A stretch of DNA of 37,785 bases from an uncultured Christensenella sp. GTDB taxonomy: Bacteria; Bacillota; Clostridia; Christensenellales; CAG-138. The position numbers and the translations under genes are program-made. Location: contig CAYPEV010000003.1 of NCBI GenBank assembly GCA_964409605.1, positions 1-37,785 of the forward strand. Reading direction: 5' to 3'. The notes under the pieces are model-generated. The model was given only the letters and a program-made list of their open reading frames with translations. It searched no databases and was not told where the DNA came from. Positions 8,077 to 16,990 of the stretch are shown here, piece by piece. Numbering within the stretch: position 1 is the first letter of the stretch; the number at the start of each line of letters is the position of its first letter.

Positions 8077-9867
8077 TTAGTACTCCCACAGTTCGCCAGG
8101 GACGATGTCCGCCTTATGGACGGTCGTCGTGATATCGAACGTTCCGATAAACACCCGGTTGTATTCTTTGTCCCGGTCGTAAATATCCCATACAAGCCGA
8201 ATCTCGAATGTATCGGGCAAGTACTTTGGCACAATCTGCATGAAGTGTCCGCGTGTGCCGCTGTCCCAGCCGTCAAATGTGGCAAACGTTCCATAGCTTT
8301 CCACCCACAGCTTAGCCGCCGCCACGGTATACTGCCCTCCCTTATACCAGCATTCCAGCTCCACTCCGTCCAAATAAATGTGCTGGACGGTATAGCCCGC
8401 CTCCGGTGGACAGTACAGTCCGTCGATCGTATACCGAATCGATAGATAGCGCTGCGTGGGGTCAAATCCAAGCCGCTCCAGTGTGAGCGAAACACCCCCT
8501 ATGGTTTGACTGCCGTCCAGCGGGCAGCGCGACCTCTCGTTCAGGCCGTCCGCCGCAAGTCGCCGCGTTTCCTCGCACCAGGCCTCGCGTTCCGCGTCGT
8601 TCTTGGGCAGGGTGATTTCGCCCGTGCGCGGATTGATATAGAACGCAATCTGTATCCGCTCTTTTTCGATCGTAATATCAATTCCGTCACCGGTTTGGCC
8701 TGAATCGATTCCTCCTTCCCCAAGCACCGCCACCAGCACGGTTTCCGGCAAGTCCGCCTCACTTGCATACCAGGGCAGCAACGTCAGCGAAGCCAGTGTG
8801 GAGGGATAATCGCCGGTGTAATTCTTCCCCTCTTCCGTGTGCGGTTCGTATACCGCGCTGAGCTGCGTTCCGATGGTTTGGTAGCCGTCCAGATACATGT
8901 CGTAAAACGTATTCACGCCTTTGTTCTGCCAATTGCACTCGCCAATCGCGCCAAGAAGAACGCCGTCCTTGGAAGCCGCCGCGTCCGTGAGCGTAAACAC
9001 CCCCTGCACGATATCGAGCTGCGTTGCTTCGTTGGGCATGCCGGCGAGCGCTTCCGCCTGTTCCGCCGCGCTCGCTTCCAATCCGGCCAGCGCTTTCTCA
9101 ACCCACTGTTCCCGCCTTGCTTCGATCTGCTCTGTGGGCACAGTGTAGACAAAGTCGAACGAAAAACTCCCGAGCGCTTCTCCGCGCGTGTCGCCGCTCC
9201 AGCTGTAGAGCGTACAGGTCAGCGTCATAGGCATGCCGGACACGATCGTTTGATCCTCAATACGGAACCAGATTTCGTACTGCGCGCCAAGCGCTTCGCT
9301 GTCCGCGCGCGCAACGGCGGGCAGTGCCCGCACGGTTCCATCGGCCTTTCCATAAGCGTCGTGGGTTTTTCCGCCGGCCGACAGCACGTACGCAAAGTCG
9401 GTTAATCGGCTGTTATCCCCCGTTTTCGCGTCGCTCGCGTCGAACGCCACGTGCAGCTCCGGCGGATCCTCGTTCGCCCAGAAGCTCACGCCCTTGAGTT
9501 CCAGAGAAACGCCGTCCGCCTCGTCTGTGCCTGTGATCGGGCTATAGAAGGTCGTCCCTGCGATTGCTTCGTCCGCAATGCGTTCGGCCAATGCACGGCG
9601 ATCATCCACCGCCTGCTCGCTTTGGACATACTCCTTTGCCTGCTGGGTGCTGCTCCAGTAGACCGCATAAGCCGCGCAGGCGGAGAGCAGCAGGAGAATG
9701 GCGGCAATCAGAATCAGCAGCGCTTTGCGCTTTGCGCTCATGCGCGGTTCCGGCGCGGGCATGCCCGCCGCCAGCGCACGGCATTCCCGATTGAGCCGCT
9801 GATTCAGGCGGTTCTTGAACGCCGCCGAAGCGAATACGCCGTCAAACGCGGCTTCATAACGATTCAT
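8077..9867 (-). CDS. Putative anti-sigma factor, single-pass membrane protein with large extracytoplasmic domain
   Basis: It overlaps the ECF sigma gene stop by 14 nt. It has a short cytoplasmic N-terminus, one TM helix (ALLILIAAILLLLSACAAYAVYW) and then about 500 aa outside the cell. Confidence 0.65.
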   Translation of the reverse strand: MNRYEAAFDGVFASAAFKNRLNQRLNRECRALAAGMPAPEPRMSAKRKALLILIAAILLLLSACAAYAVYWSSTQQAKEYVQSEQAVDDRRALAERIADEAIAGTTFYSPITGTDEADGVSLELKGVSFWANEDPPELHVAFDASDAKTGDNSRLTDFAYVLSAGGKTHDAYGKADGTVRALPAVARADSEALGAQYEIWFRIEDQTIVSGMPMTLTCTLYSWSGDTRGEALGSFSFDFVYTVPTEQIEARREQWVEKALAGLEASAAEQAEALAGMPNEATQLDIVQGVFTLTDAAASKDGVLLGAIGECNWQNKGVNTFYDMYLDGYQTIGTQLSAVYEPHTEEGKNYTGDYPSTLASLTLLPWYASEADLPETVLVAVLGEGGIDSGQTGDGIDITIEKERIQIAFYINPRTGEITLPKNDAEREAWCEETRRLAADGLNERSRCPLDGSQTIGGVSLTLERLGFDPTQRYLSIRYTIDGLYCPPEAGYTVQHIYLDGVELECWYKGGQYTVAAAKLWVESYGTFATFDGWDSGTRGHFMQIVPKYLPDTFEIRLVWDIYDRDKEYNRVFIGTFDITTTVHKADIVPGELWEY

Positions 9868-10351
9868 AGCCTTCTCCTTTCAGCAGCGTCTTGAGCTTTT
9901 TACGCGCGCGACTCAGCCGGGAACTCACGGTTCCTTCTTTTTCTCCAAGCGCACGGGCGATTTCGACGATCGGCATCCGCTCATAGTAGTAGAGATAGAC
10001 GGCATACCGATCGGATTCCGGCAAACGGTTCACCACATCCAGCACTTCCGTCGTTTCCGGCGGCAGGCTTGCCGCGTCCGCCTCCTCCAGCGGAACATTC
10101 GTGCGCCTTGAGGCGGATTTTCGGTAGTCCTTACAAAGGTTGATCGCCGTTCGCAACAGCCATGCTTTCTCGTGCGCGGCGCTTCGAAAGAGCGGATTTG
10201 CGCGCAGCAGACGCAGATAGACCGTCTGCACGATATCTTCCGCTTCCGGGAGGTTCTGCGTTCGGTTGATCGCGAGCCGCAGGAGCATGCTGGAATAGGT
10301 GTCCACAATCCGCGCAATCTCCCGCTGGCTTGGCAAGCCTGTTCTCTCCAT
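9854..10351 (-). CDS. ECF-type RNA polymerase sigma-70 family factor
   Basis: Region 2 (AEDIVQTVYLRLL, AWLLRTAINLCKDYRK) and region 4 (YERMPIVEIARALGEKEGTVSSRLSRARKKL) are both recognisable. Confidence 0.9.
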   Translation of the reverse strand: MERTGLPSQREIARIVDTYSSMLLRLAINRTQNLPEAEDIVQTVYLRLLRANPLFRSAAHEKAWLLRTAINLCKDYRKSASRRTNVPLEEADAASLPPETTEVLDVVNRLPESDRYAVYLYYYERMPIVEIARALGEKEGTVSSRLSRARKKLKTLLKGEGYESL

Positions 10352-10468
10352 TTCAACACCTGTCTTACATGATTTGCTTGAATCCGGTCAGACCGGCAAG
10401 CGCTTGATATCAGGAACACGATTCATCCGCCGGAATCCCTGCAATCAGGATATAAATTTTCCCGGTTC

Positions 10469-10494
10469 AAAAAAAGCGCGGCAAAGCGCCGCGC
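10469..10494 (-). terminator. Intrinsic terminator after the flavodiiron gene
   Basis: Minus strand: GCGCGGC-GCUUU-GCCGCGC followed by UUUUUUU. Confidence 0.75.
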
Positions 10495-10524
10495 CTGAGA
10501 AAGATCGTTTATAGGAAAGGCCGT

Positions 10525-12552
10525 TCACTCGATGGGTTTAAACGCACTCGCCGGGTTGCTGCAGATCGGGCAGATGTAGTCGTCCGGCAGCGTGTCGCTT
10601 TCCAGCACATACCCGCAAATACCGCAGACAAAGCCTTTCTTCCGATTCGGCTCTGCGGTTTTCTCCGGCTCTGCGGCTTTCTCCGGTTCGGGTTTCTTTT
10701 CTTCCGTGACGGAGGAGAGAGGCACAAACACCTCCGCGCCATGCTTGCAGACCGGGCAGATGAAGTCCGCGGGCAGCGTGTCGCTCTCGTGGATATAGCC
10801 GCACACGGTGCAGAGCCAGCCCTTTTTCTGCGCGGCATCCGCGCCGGGCTTCGGCTTGATGTTCTTATGATAATAGTCATACGTCACCGAAGCTTCGCCG
10901 GAGAGCTTCCGCGCCTCGGTCAGGTCGGCTAAAAAGAGCGTATGCGTGCCACAGTCGAGCGTGCTGATCACCTTGCCGCTGAGCAGCGCGTTGACGCCCT
11001 CGGTCACATAGGTCAGCCCGTTGACGCTGCGCGCATAGGCGCTGTAGTCCGCAAACTTGTCGTAGTCCTTGCCGCTCTTGAGGCCGAAGCGCTGATAGAC
11101 GTCAAACTTCGACTGCTCGGTGAGGATGGAGAGGTTGAATATGCCGCTCTTGAGCACCATATCGTGCGTCATGTTGGCTTTGTTGACCGTGAACGTCACG
11201 CGAAGCGGTGTGCTCGTCGCCTGAATCACGGTGTTGATGATGCAGCCGTTGTCCCGCGCGCCGTCCTTGGCGGTCAGGACGAACAGACCGTAACTGATGG
11301 CAAAGAGCGAGGTCTTGTCGAGTTCGCCCATGGGTACGTCCTCGTTTTTCGGTAACACCATGGTGTTTGCAATCGCGCTTGCCAGCGCGTCGATCTCGCT
11401 GAGCTGTTCTTCCTTGAGGGAGGAGCGGAGGCTTACCGTCTCGTCGAGCACGACCATGTCCTTGAGCGGCGCCAGCGTCTCGCGCATGAGCTTTCCGCTG
11501 ACCGGCGCCCAGGAGCCGTTTTCGATGAACGCGAGCGTGCGGTTTTGGATGTTGTGCAGCGCAAGGTCGTGGATGAGTTCCTCCATCGTGATGAAGATGC
11601 CCGCGTTATACGTCGTCGCCGCGAACACCAGATGGCTGTAGCGGAAGCATGCCGCGACGATCTCCGACATCGGCACCACCGAAACATCGAACACCTCGAC
11701 CTTGACGCCAAGCTCGCGCAGGCGGCTTGCGAGAATTTCCGCCGCGTTCTCTGTGTTGCCGTAAATGGAGGCATAGGCGAGCATCACGCCCGTCTCTTCG
11801 GGTTCATAGGTGCTCCAGCGCTGATATTTTTCTACATAGGCGGAGAAATCCTTGCGGTGCACGGGCCCGTGCAGCGGGCAGATCGTCCGGACGTCAAGAT
11901 TGGCGACCTTCTTGAGCGCGGACTGCACCTGCGGGCCGTATTTGCCGATGATGTTGGCGTAATAGCGCCGCGCTTCGCCGACAAATGTGTTGTAGAAATC
12001 CAGCTCGTCGGCAAACAGCGCGCCGTTGAGCGCGTTGAAGGTGCCGAACGCGTCCGCCGAGAAGAGCACCTTGTCCGTGCGGTCGTAGGTGAACATGACC
12101 TCCGGCCAATGCACCATGGGCGCCATGATGAACTGGAATTCATGCTTGCCCGTGGAGAGCGTGTCGTTTTCCTTGACGATGATCGCGCGATCCAGCACGT
12201 CCTGATCGAAAAACTGGCAGATCATCTCGCTGGTTTTCTTCGTGCAGACGATCTTCGTGTCCGTGTATCGGCACAGAAGGTCCATCAGCGTCGCGGAATG
12301 ATCCGGCTCCATGTGTTGCACAACCACATAGTCCAGCTTGCGGCCGTCGAGCACATGCGCGACGTTTTCAAAGAACACCTTCGCGACGGCTTTGTCCACC
12401 GTGTCGAACAGGATTGTTTTTTCGTCCAGAATCAGATAGGAGTTATAGGAGACGCCGTCCGGAATGGAATAGACGCCTTCGAACATGGCGAGCCTGCGGT
12501 CGTTCCCGCCAACCCAGGTGATATCTTCGTTTACTTTCCGCGTGCAATACAT
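10525..12552 (-). CDS. fprA: Multidomain flavodiiron protein: metallo-beta-lactamase diiron + flavodoxin + flavin-reductase-like + two rubredoxin domains
   Basis: Diiron motif VVQHMEPDHS. A flavodoxin-like middle region. A flavin-reductase-like block (GLFVLTAKDGARDNGCIINTV..). Two CxxC..CPxC rubredoxin units (CTVCGYIHESDTLPADFICPVC and CGICGYVLESDTLPDDYICPIC). Confidence 0.85.
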   Translation of the reverse strand: MYCTRKVNEDITWVGGNDRRLAMFEGVYSIPDGVSYNSYLILDEKTILFDTVDKAVAKVFFENVAHVLDGRKLDYVVVQHMEPDHSATLMDLLCRYTDTKIVCTKKTSEMICQFFDQDVLDRAIIVKENDTLSTGKHEFQFIMAPMVHWPEVMFTYDRTDKVLFSADAFGTFNALNGALFADELDFYNTFVGEARRYYANIIGKYGPQVQSALKKVANLDVRTICPLHGPVHRKDFSAYVEKYQRWSTYEPEETGVMLAYASIYGNTENAAEILASRLRELGVKVEVFDVSVVPMSEIVAACFRYSHLVFAATTYNAGIFITMEELIHDLALHNIQNRTLAFIENGSWAPVSGKLMRETLAPLKDMVVLDETVSLRSSLKEEQLSEIDALASAIANTMVLPKNEDVPMGELDKTSLFAISYGLFVLTAKDGARDNGCIINTVIQATSTPLRVTFTVNKANMTHDMVLKSGIFNLSILTEQSKFDVYQRFGLKSGKDYDKFADYSAYARSVNGLTYVTEGVNALLSGKVISTLDCGTHTLFLADLTEARKLSGEASVTYDYYHKNIKPKPGADAAQKKGWLCTVCGYIHESDTLPADFICPVCKHGAEVFVPLSSVTEEKKPEPEKAAEPEKTAEPNRKKGFVCGICGYVLESDTLPDDYICPICSNPASAFKPIE
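10648..10700 (-). repeat. In-frame 18-nt tandem repeat encoding the EKxAEP linker between the two rubredoxin domains
   Basis: Plus-strand units CGGCTCTGCGGTTTTCTC (10648-10665) and CGGCTCTGCGGCTTTCTC (10666-10683) match at 17/18 positions, and a degenerate third copy follows. The protein reads PEPEKAAEPEKTAEP. Confidence 0.8.
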
Positions 12553-12670
12553 GCGCTTTGTGCCCCTTTCGTGTGCCTGTCTATCAAAAAATGGCGGTCT
12601 GTTTTTATCAAAACTGTCGCTTATCGTTTTACTTAAAATGCCGGATCGTTACTCTACCAAAAGAGAGGGT

Positions 12671-13768
12671 CTATTCTTCGATCAGAAACGCGGAAAATCC
12701 GCTGCTCTGCCGCTGTGTGCCGTCCGAGAGCACCCACAGTGCCTCGGTATCCGGCAGACGCTCGATGAGCGCCATGCCGTCTTCGATCGGCATGCAGAAT
12801 AGTCCCGTGGTCAGCGCGTCCGCCAGCGCGGAGTCACTCGAGATCACCGAGATGGAATCGTATCGTGTGGAAGGCATCAGCGTATTTGGATCGATGATAT
12901 GGTGATACCGCACGCCGTCCACGGTGTAGAAGCGCTCATACGTGCCGCTCGTCACCACGTTTTGACCGGAAACCGCCACCACGCAAAGATTGCCCTCTGC
13001 GTATGGATCCTGAATGCCGACCTTCCAGCCGGTGCCGTCGGGGCGGGTTCCGATCGAGCAGACGTTGCCGCCGATGCTCAGGAGCAGGTTTGTGACACCC
13101 TCTTTGCGCAGCGTTTCGATGATCTGCTGGCCTGCGTAGCCTTTGCCGATCGCGCCGACGTCCAGCTGCGTCTTGGGATCCGTGAGGTAGAGCGTGCCCG
13201 CCGCGCGGTCGATCACGATGTTACCGATATCCGCGTATTTGTTTGCGCGTTCCAGCGCGTCCATCGGCGGAAGCGCGGCCGACTCGGGGGCGGCGGTTCC
13301 CGCGTCGCGATAGCTCTGCCAGATTTCTAGCACGCTGCCCATGGCGATGTTCATGTTGCCATGGGTCAGGCGATCCATCTCGATGGCGTATTCGACCATG
13401 TCGAGGATCCGATCGTCCACCTTGACCGGTACAATCCCCGCGTTTTGATTCACGCTTGCGAGGTTGTTGATGTTGTCATACGTATGATAGATGTCGTAAA
13501 GCTGATGATACTCCTCAAGTAGCGCGTCGATGCGCTTGAGCGTTTCGTTCGCGCGCGTGTCGTCCGTGTCGTAGAGGACGATCTTGGTGACGGTGTCAAA
13601 CGCGTCAAAATAGACCTGATCGTATCGCATCAGCGGGGCGCTCGCCGCGCAGCCGCCAAGCAGCAGATCCGGCAGCAGCAACGCACAAAGCGCGATCCGT
13701 TTGATTGTATTGCCTTGCTTTTTCGTGTGATTCTCCTGCTGTATTTGCTTGCGCAAACACGTGCGCAA
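12671..13768 (-). CDS. apbE: FAD:protein FMN transferase (ApbE family) lipoprotein
   Basis: Lipobox LLLGGC and the ApbE motifs LDVGAIGKGYA and LLSIGGN. The start codon is uncertain (TTG at 13768 without a clear RBS). Confidence 0.85.
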   Translation of the reverse strand: MRTCLRKQIQQENHTKKQGNTIKRIALCALLLPDLLLGGCAASAPLMRYDQVYFDAFDTVTKIVLYDTDDTRANETLKRIDALLEEYHQLYDIYHTYDNINNLASVNQNAGIVPVKVDDRILDMVEYAIEMDRLTHGNMNIAMGSVLEIWQSYRDAGTAAPESAALPPMDALERANKYADIGNIVIDRAAGTLYLTDPKTQLDVGAIGKGYAGQQIIETLRKEGVTNLLLSIGGNVCSIGTRPDGTGWKVGIQDPYAEGNLCVVAVSGQNVVTSGTYERFYTVDGVRYHHIIDPNTLMPSTRYDSISVISSDSALADALTTGLFCMPIEDGMALIERLPDTEALWVLSDGTQRQSSGFSAFLIEE

Positions 13769-13813
13769 TATCGACTGTGCCTGTGAGCATTATTCCATGT
13801 TTTTTCGTTTGAA

Positions 13814-14365
13814 TCAAGTCTCTCGCGGGGATTCTTGCTTGCTTTTTGCGCTGCCCGCGCCCTTTGCGGCGGCGGGATTCAGCCCGCGGAAGGTATAGCG
13901 CGCGATCAATCCCGTGAGCGTGCCCGTCACCGCCGCAGCCAGCAGCAGAACGGGCAGATAAGCGAGGATGGCGCGCGTCTCCACCACGAAGACGGCGACG
14001 AGCATCTGCGCGATGTTGTGGCTCACTGCGCCCATGATGCTCACGCCGACGACGCTCAGCCCCGGCATTTTCCGCGCGAAGATCATCACAATGAGGCTCA
14101 ATACACCGCCCGCAAAGCTATAGAGCATCGCGGCGGGGCCGCCGAACAGCAGCCCGCTGACGCCGACCTTGAGGAACATCAGAAGGATTGCGCTCGGGAT
14201 GTCTAAAAGATAGAGCGCGTAGAGCAGCACGGTGTTGGCGAGGCCGAGCTTGACGCCCGGTATGCCGGTGACGGGCAGCAGGTGCTCAAAATAGCCCAGC
14301 ACGATCGCGACCGCGGTGAGCAGGCCGAGCTTGGCGATTGCGGAGGCGTTCCATCTGCGGCTCAT
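13814..14365 (-). CDS. Gx transporter family membrane protein (heptaprenyl diphosphate synthase component I-like, PF07456-type)
   Basis: Polytopic 183 aa protein: LGYFEHLLPVTGIPGVKLGLANTVLL... Its start overlaps the upstream gene stop (ATGA). Confidence 0.7.
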   Translation of the reverse strand: MSRRWNASAIAKLGLLTAVAIVLGYFEHLLPVTGIPGVKLGLANTVLLYALYLLDIPSAILLMFLKVGVSGLLFGGPAAMLYSFAGGVLSLIVMIFARKMPGLSVVGVSIMGAVSHNIAQMLVAVFVVETRAILAYLPVLLLAAAVTGTLTGLIARYTFRGLNPAAAKGAGSAKSKQESPRET

Positions 14366-14736
14366 CTTGCGTCCTCCGCGCCCGTGACCTCGACGGAGAC
14401 CGCGTTCGGCAGGCAGACGATCCAGTTGTCGAGCAGCAAATCATCCGCATTTTTCGGGTCGATCACGCTGTGATGCACGCAGATCTGGTTTTTGCAGGTG
14501 GAGGACTCCATGTGTACGCCGTGTTCGTCGATGACGATCACGTTTACCTTTCCGTCCCCCTGATCCACCGTGATGGTTTGATACTCGTTCGCGGAGACCT
14601 GGGTATAGACCGCCTCGCCTACGTAGACCGTGACCAATGCGCCGGAGGTCTTTGGCGCCAGATAGCGCGAGGCAAGAAACGCCAGCAGCGCAAGCAGCAG
14701 CACCCCGCCAATCAGGATGATGTCCTTTTTCTTCAT
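14362..14736 (-). CDS. NusG domain II-containing membrane-anchored protein (DUF1312-type)
   Basis: N-terminal TM anchor followed by a beta-rich domain with CKNQICVHHSVI. It sits in the usual neighbourhood with Gx transporter and ApbE genes. Confidence 0.65.
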   Translation of the reverse strand: MKKKDIILIGGVLLLALLAFLASRYLAPKTSGALVTVYVGEAVYTQVSANEYQTITVDQGDGKVNVIVIDEHGVHMESSTCKNQICVHHSVIDPKNADDLLLDNWIVCLPNAVSVEVTGAEDAR

Positions 14737-14856
14737 GCCGCGCCGCTCCTTTCATTCCTGATCAGAATTACGATTATTGCTATTGTACCACGCCCGCGCA
14801 CAAACCCGCCAGTGCCCGCTTGTCATTGCGCCGGGAGCAGAGCATATGTGACATCG

Positions 14857-14887
14857 TTGCGGAATACTTTATTTTGATTGATATAAT
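14857..14887 (+). promoter_or_regulatory. Extended -10 promoter upstream of the SDR gene
   Basis: TGATATAAT at 14879-14887 (TGn + TATAAT) with a weak -35. The inverted repeat ATCAGA-ATTA-TCTGAT (14904-14919) just downstream is a possible operator. Confidence 0.5.
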
Positions 14888-14976
14888 CAGAAACAAGCGT
14901 ATCATCAGAATTATCTGATACAGAAAATCGGACGATACTTGACCAAACAAGAAAATTTCACAGGAGGTGTGTGAAA

Positions 14977-15990
14977 ATGAAGGTACTCATGATCGGCGGT
15001 ACCGGACTGCTGGGCAGCCAGGCCGCGCGGGAACTCATCTCCCGCGGGCACAGCGTGCATTCCATCGCCCTGCCGCCGCTGCCCGACGGCGCGCTGCTGC
15101 CGCCGGAGATGACGCTGACGCTGAGAAACAGCAATGAAATGACGGATGACGAACTGCGCGCGGCCTTTGCGGGCGTGGACGGATTCATTTTTGCCGCGGG
15201 CGTGGACGAACGCATCGAAGGCCCCGCGCCCATCTACGATTTCTTCAAAAAATACAACATCACGCCCCTGGAGCGCATGCTGCGGCTTGCCAAGGAGAGC
15301 GGGGTCAAGCGCGCGGTCATCGCGGGCTCTTATTTCTCCTATTTTGCGAAGAAATGGCCGCAGATGGAGATGACGCGCTGGCATCCCTATATCCGCAGCC
15401 GGATCGACCAGGAGAACATGGCGTTCTCGTTTGCGGACGAACATTTCGCGGTCTCCGTGCTGGAGCTGCCGTATATCTTCGGCGCGCAGAAAGGCAGAAA
15501 ACCCGTCTGGGTCTTCCTTGTGGAGATGCTGCTCCGGATGAAAGGCGCGGTTCTCTATCCGCGCGGCGGGACGACGATGGTCACCGTTCGTCAGGTCGGG
15601 CAGGCGTTCGCGGGCGCGCTAGAGCGCGGGCAGGGCGCCAACGCCTATCCCATCGGCTGGTTCAACCTGACCTGGAAAGAGATGATCGCCATCATGAACC
15701 GGTATATGGGCGTACCGAAGAAGAAAATCATCACCATACCGAAGTTCCTGTTCGCCATGAGCGCGGGCCAGATTGAGAAGCAGCACCGCTCCAAGGGCAC
15801 TGAGGGGGGCTTGCTCATGTCGAAATTTGTGGATCTGCAGACCAGTAACCTCTTTATCGACAAGGCGGAGGCCAGCCTTCCGCTCGGCGTGACGGACGAT
15901 GACATCGACGCGGCCATCGGTGAATCCGTGCTCTTGAGCATGGAGGTGCTGGATCAAAAAGCGAAGGTCATCGACATGAAAGGCGAATAA
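14977..15990 (+). CDS. NAD(P)-dependent epimerase/dehydratase family (atypical SDR)
   Basis: MKVLMIGGTGLLGSQAARELISRGH Rossmann motif. The ATG at 14977 lies 9 nt after AGGAGG, whereas the ORF track starts at the GTG at 14971. The active-site region reads PYIRSR (YxxxR instead of YxxxK). Confidence 0.75.
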   Translation: MKVLMIGGTGLLGSQAARELISRGHSVHSIALPPLPDGALLPPEMTLTLRNSNEMTDDELRAAFAGVDGFIFAAGVDERIEGPAPIYDFFKKYNITPLERMLRLAKESGVKRAVIAGSYFSYFAKKWPQMEMTRWHPYIRSRIDQENMAFSFADEHFAVSVLELPYIFGAQKGRKPVWVFLVEMLLRMKGAVLYPRGGTTMVTVRQVGQAFAGALERGQGANAYPIGWFNLTWKEMIAIMNRYMGVPKKKIITIPKFLFAMSAGQIEKQHRSKGTEGGLLMSKFVDLQTSNLFIDKAEASLPLGVTDDDIDAAIGESVLLSMEVLDQKAKVIDMKGE

Positions 15991-16026
15991 TTCCATTTTT
16001 TATTCAATACATCCACCACATAAGAA

Positions 16027-16053
16027 AAAGCCGGAACCAAAATTTCCGGCTTT
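16027..16053. terminator. Bidirectional terminator between convergent genes
   Basis: AAAGCCGGAA-CCAAAAU-UUCCGGCUUU, with U/A tracts on both sides. Confidence 0.7.
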
Positions 16054-16087
16054 CACTTTGCAAATTCGTTTAAAACAAAGAATCTTT

Positions 16088-16954
16088 TTACAGATAGATC
16101 ATCGCAACCCAGGTCAGGCCCAGCAGCGCCACGAGCGAGAGCAGGAGTTTATCCCCCAGCAAGACCTCGACCGGATCCCCGTCCGAGTCCCGCTCCACGT
16201 GCAGGCTGTAGCTCATGCAGATCAGGATCACGAGCGGCACCGTCCAGACGATGTTCTCCGTGTTGATGCGCGCGATGGTGATCGGGTCTACCGCCCAAAG
16301 CGAATAGAACGCGATGGTCAGCGCGAGGCACATATACATATTCTTATCGAGAAAACTCTGATTATAAAACTGGAGCACGTTGCGCTTCGCCGTGTCGTCC
16401 TGGCGGATCAACTCGTTTCTGCGCTTGCCGAGGCCGAGATAGAACGACATCGAGATCACGGTCAGATACAGCCAGCGCGAAATCTCGATCCCGCCGAGGG
16501 CGGAACCATACAGCACGCGCAGCACGTAGCCGGAGACGAGGATTGCGACGTCGACGATGGGTACGTTCTTGAGCTTCATGCTGTATGCAAGGTTTAAGAG
16601 CAGGTAGATCACAAGGAACACCCACGCGTACCATTCCACCGCGCGGGAGAAATATTGCAGCACGGCCGTCGCGAGAATCAGGCACGCGCCGAGGAGATAG
16701 GCCGCGCGCTTGGACACCGCGCCGCTTGCGATCGGTCGGTTCTTTTTCGTCGGGTGCAGGCGGTCGCGCTCCGCGTCCCGAATGTCGTTGAAGATATAAA
16801 CCGCCGAGGAAAGCAGGCAGAACGCGCAGAAACCGATCAGCGCGCGGACGAGATAATACGGCTCCAGCAGCTGTCCGCTGAAGATGAACGGCAGGAAGAC
16901 GAGAATGTTCTTGATGTAGTGCTTGACGCGCATCAACTTCAGATATTTTTTCAT
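16088..16954 (-). CDS. UbiA-family polyprenyl-phosphate phosphoribosyltransferase (decaprenyl-phosphate PRPP transferase-like)
   Basis: NDIRDAERDRLHPTKKNRPIASG (the first Asp-rich motif, characteristic of the DPPR synthase clade), about 8 TM helices and the N-terminal MRVKHYIKN motif. Confidence 0.75.
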   Translation of the reverse strand: MKKYLKLMRVKHYIKNILVFLPFIFSGQLLEPYYLVRALIGFCAFCLLSSAVYIFNDIRDAERDRLHPTKKNRPIASGAVSKRAAYLLGACLILATAVLQYFSRAVEWYAWVFLVIYLLLNLAYSMKLKNVPIVDVAILVSGYVLRVLYGSALGGIEISRWLYLTVISMSFYLGLGKRRNELIRQDDTAKRNVLQFYNQSFLDKNMYMCLALTIAFYSLWAVDPITIARINTENIVWTVPLVILICMSYSLHVERDSDGDPVEVLLGDKLLLSLVALLGLTWVAMIYL

Positions 16955-16990
16955 CGTACCCTCGCAAATTCCAATTTTTACGCTTACGCG

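Noticed and set aside
14635-14649. TSGAL in the NusG_II protein as an ApbE flavinylation site
   Set aside because: The accepted motif ends in Ser or Thr (the residue that carries FMN). Here the final residue is Leu, so it is not a credible acceptor.
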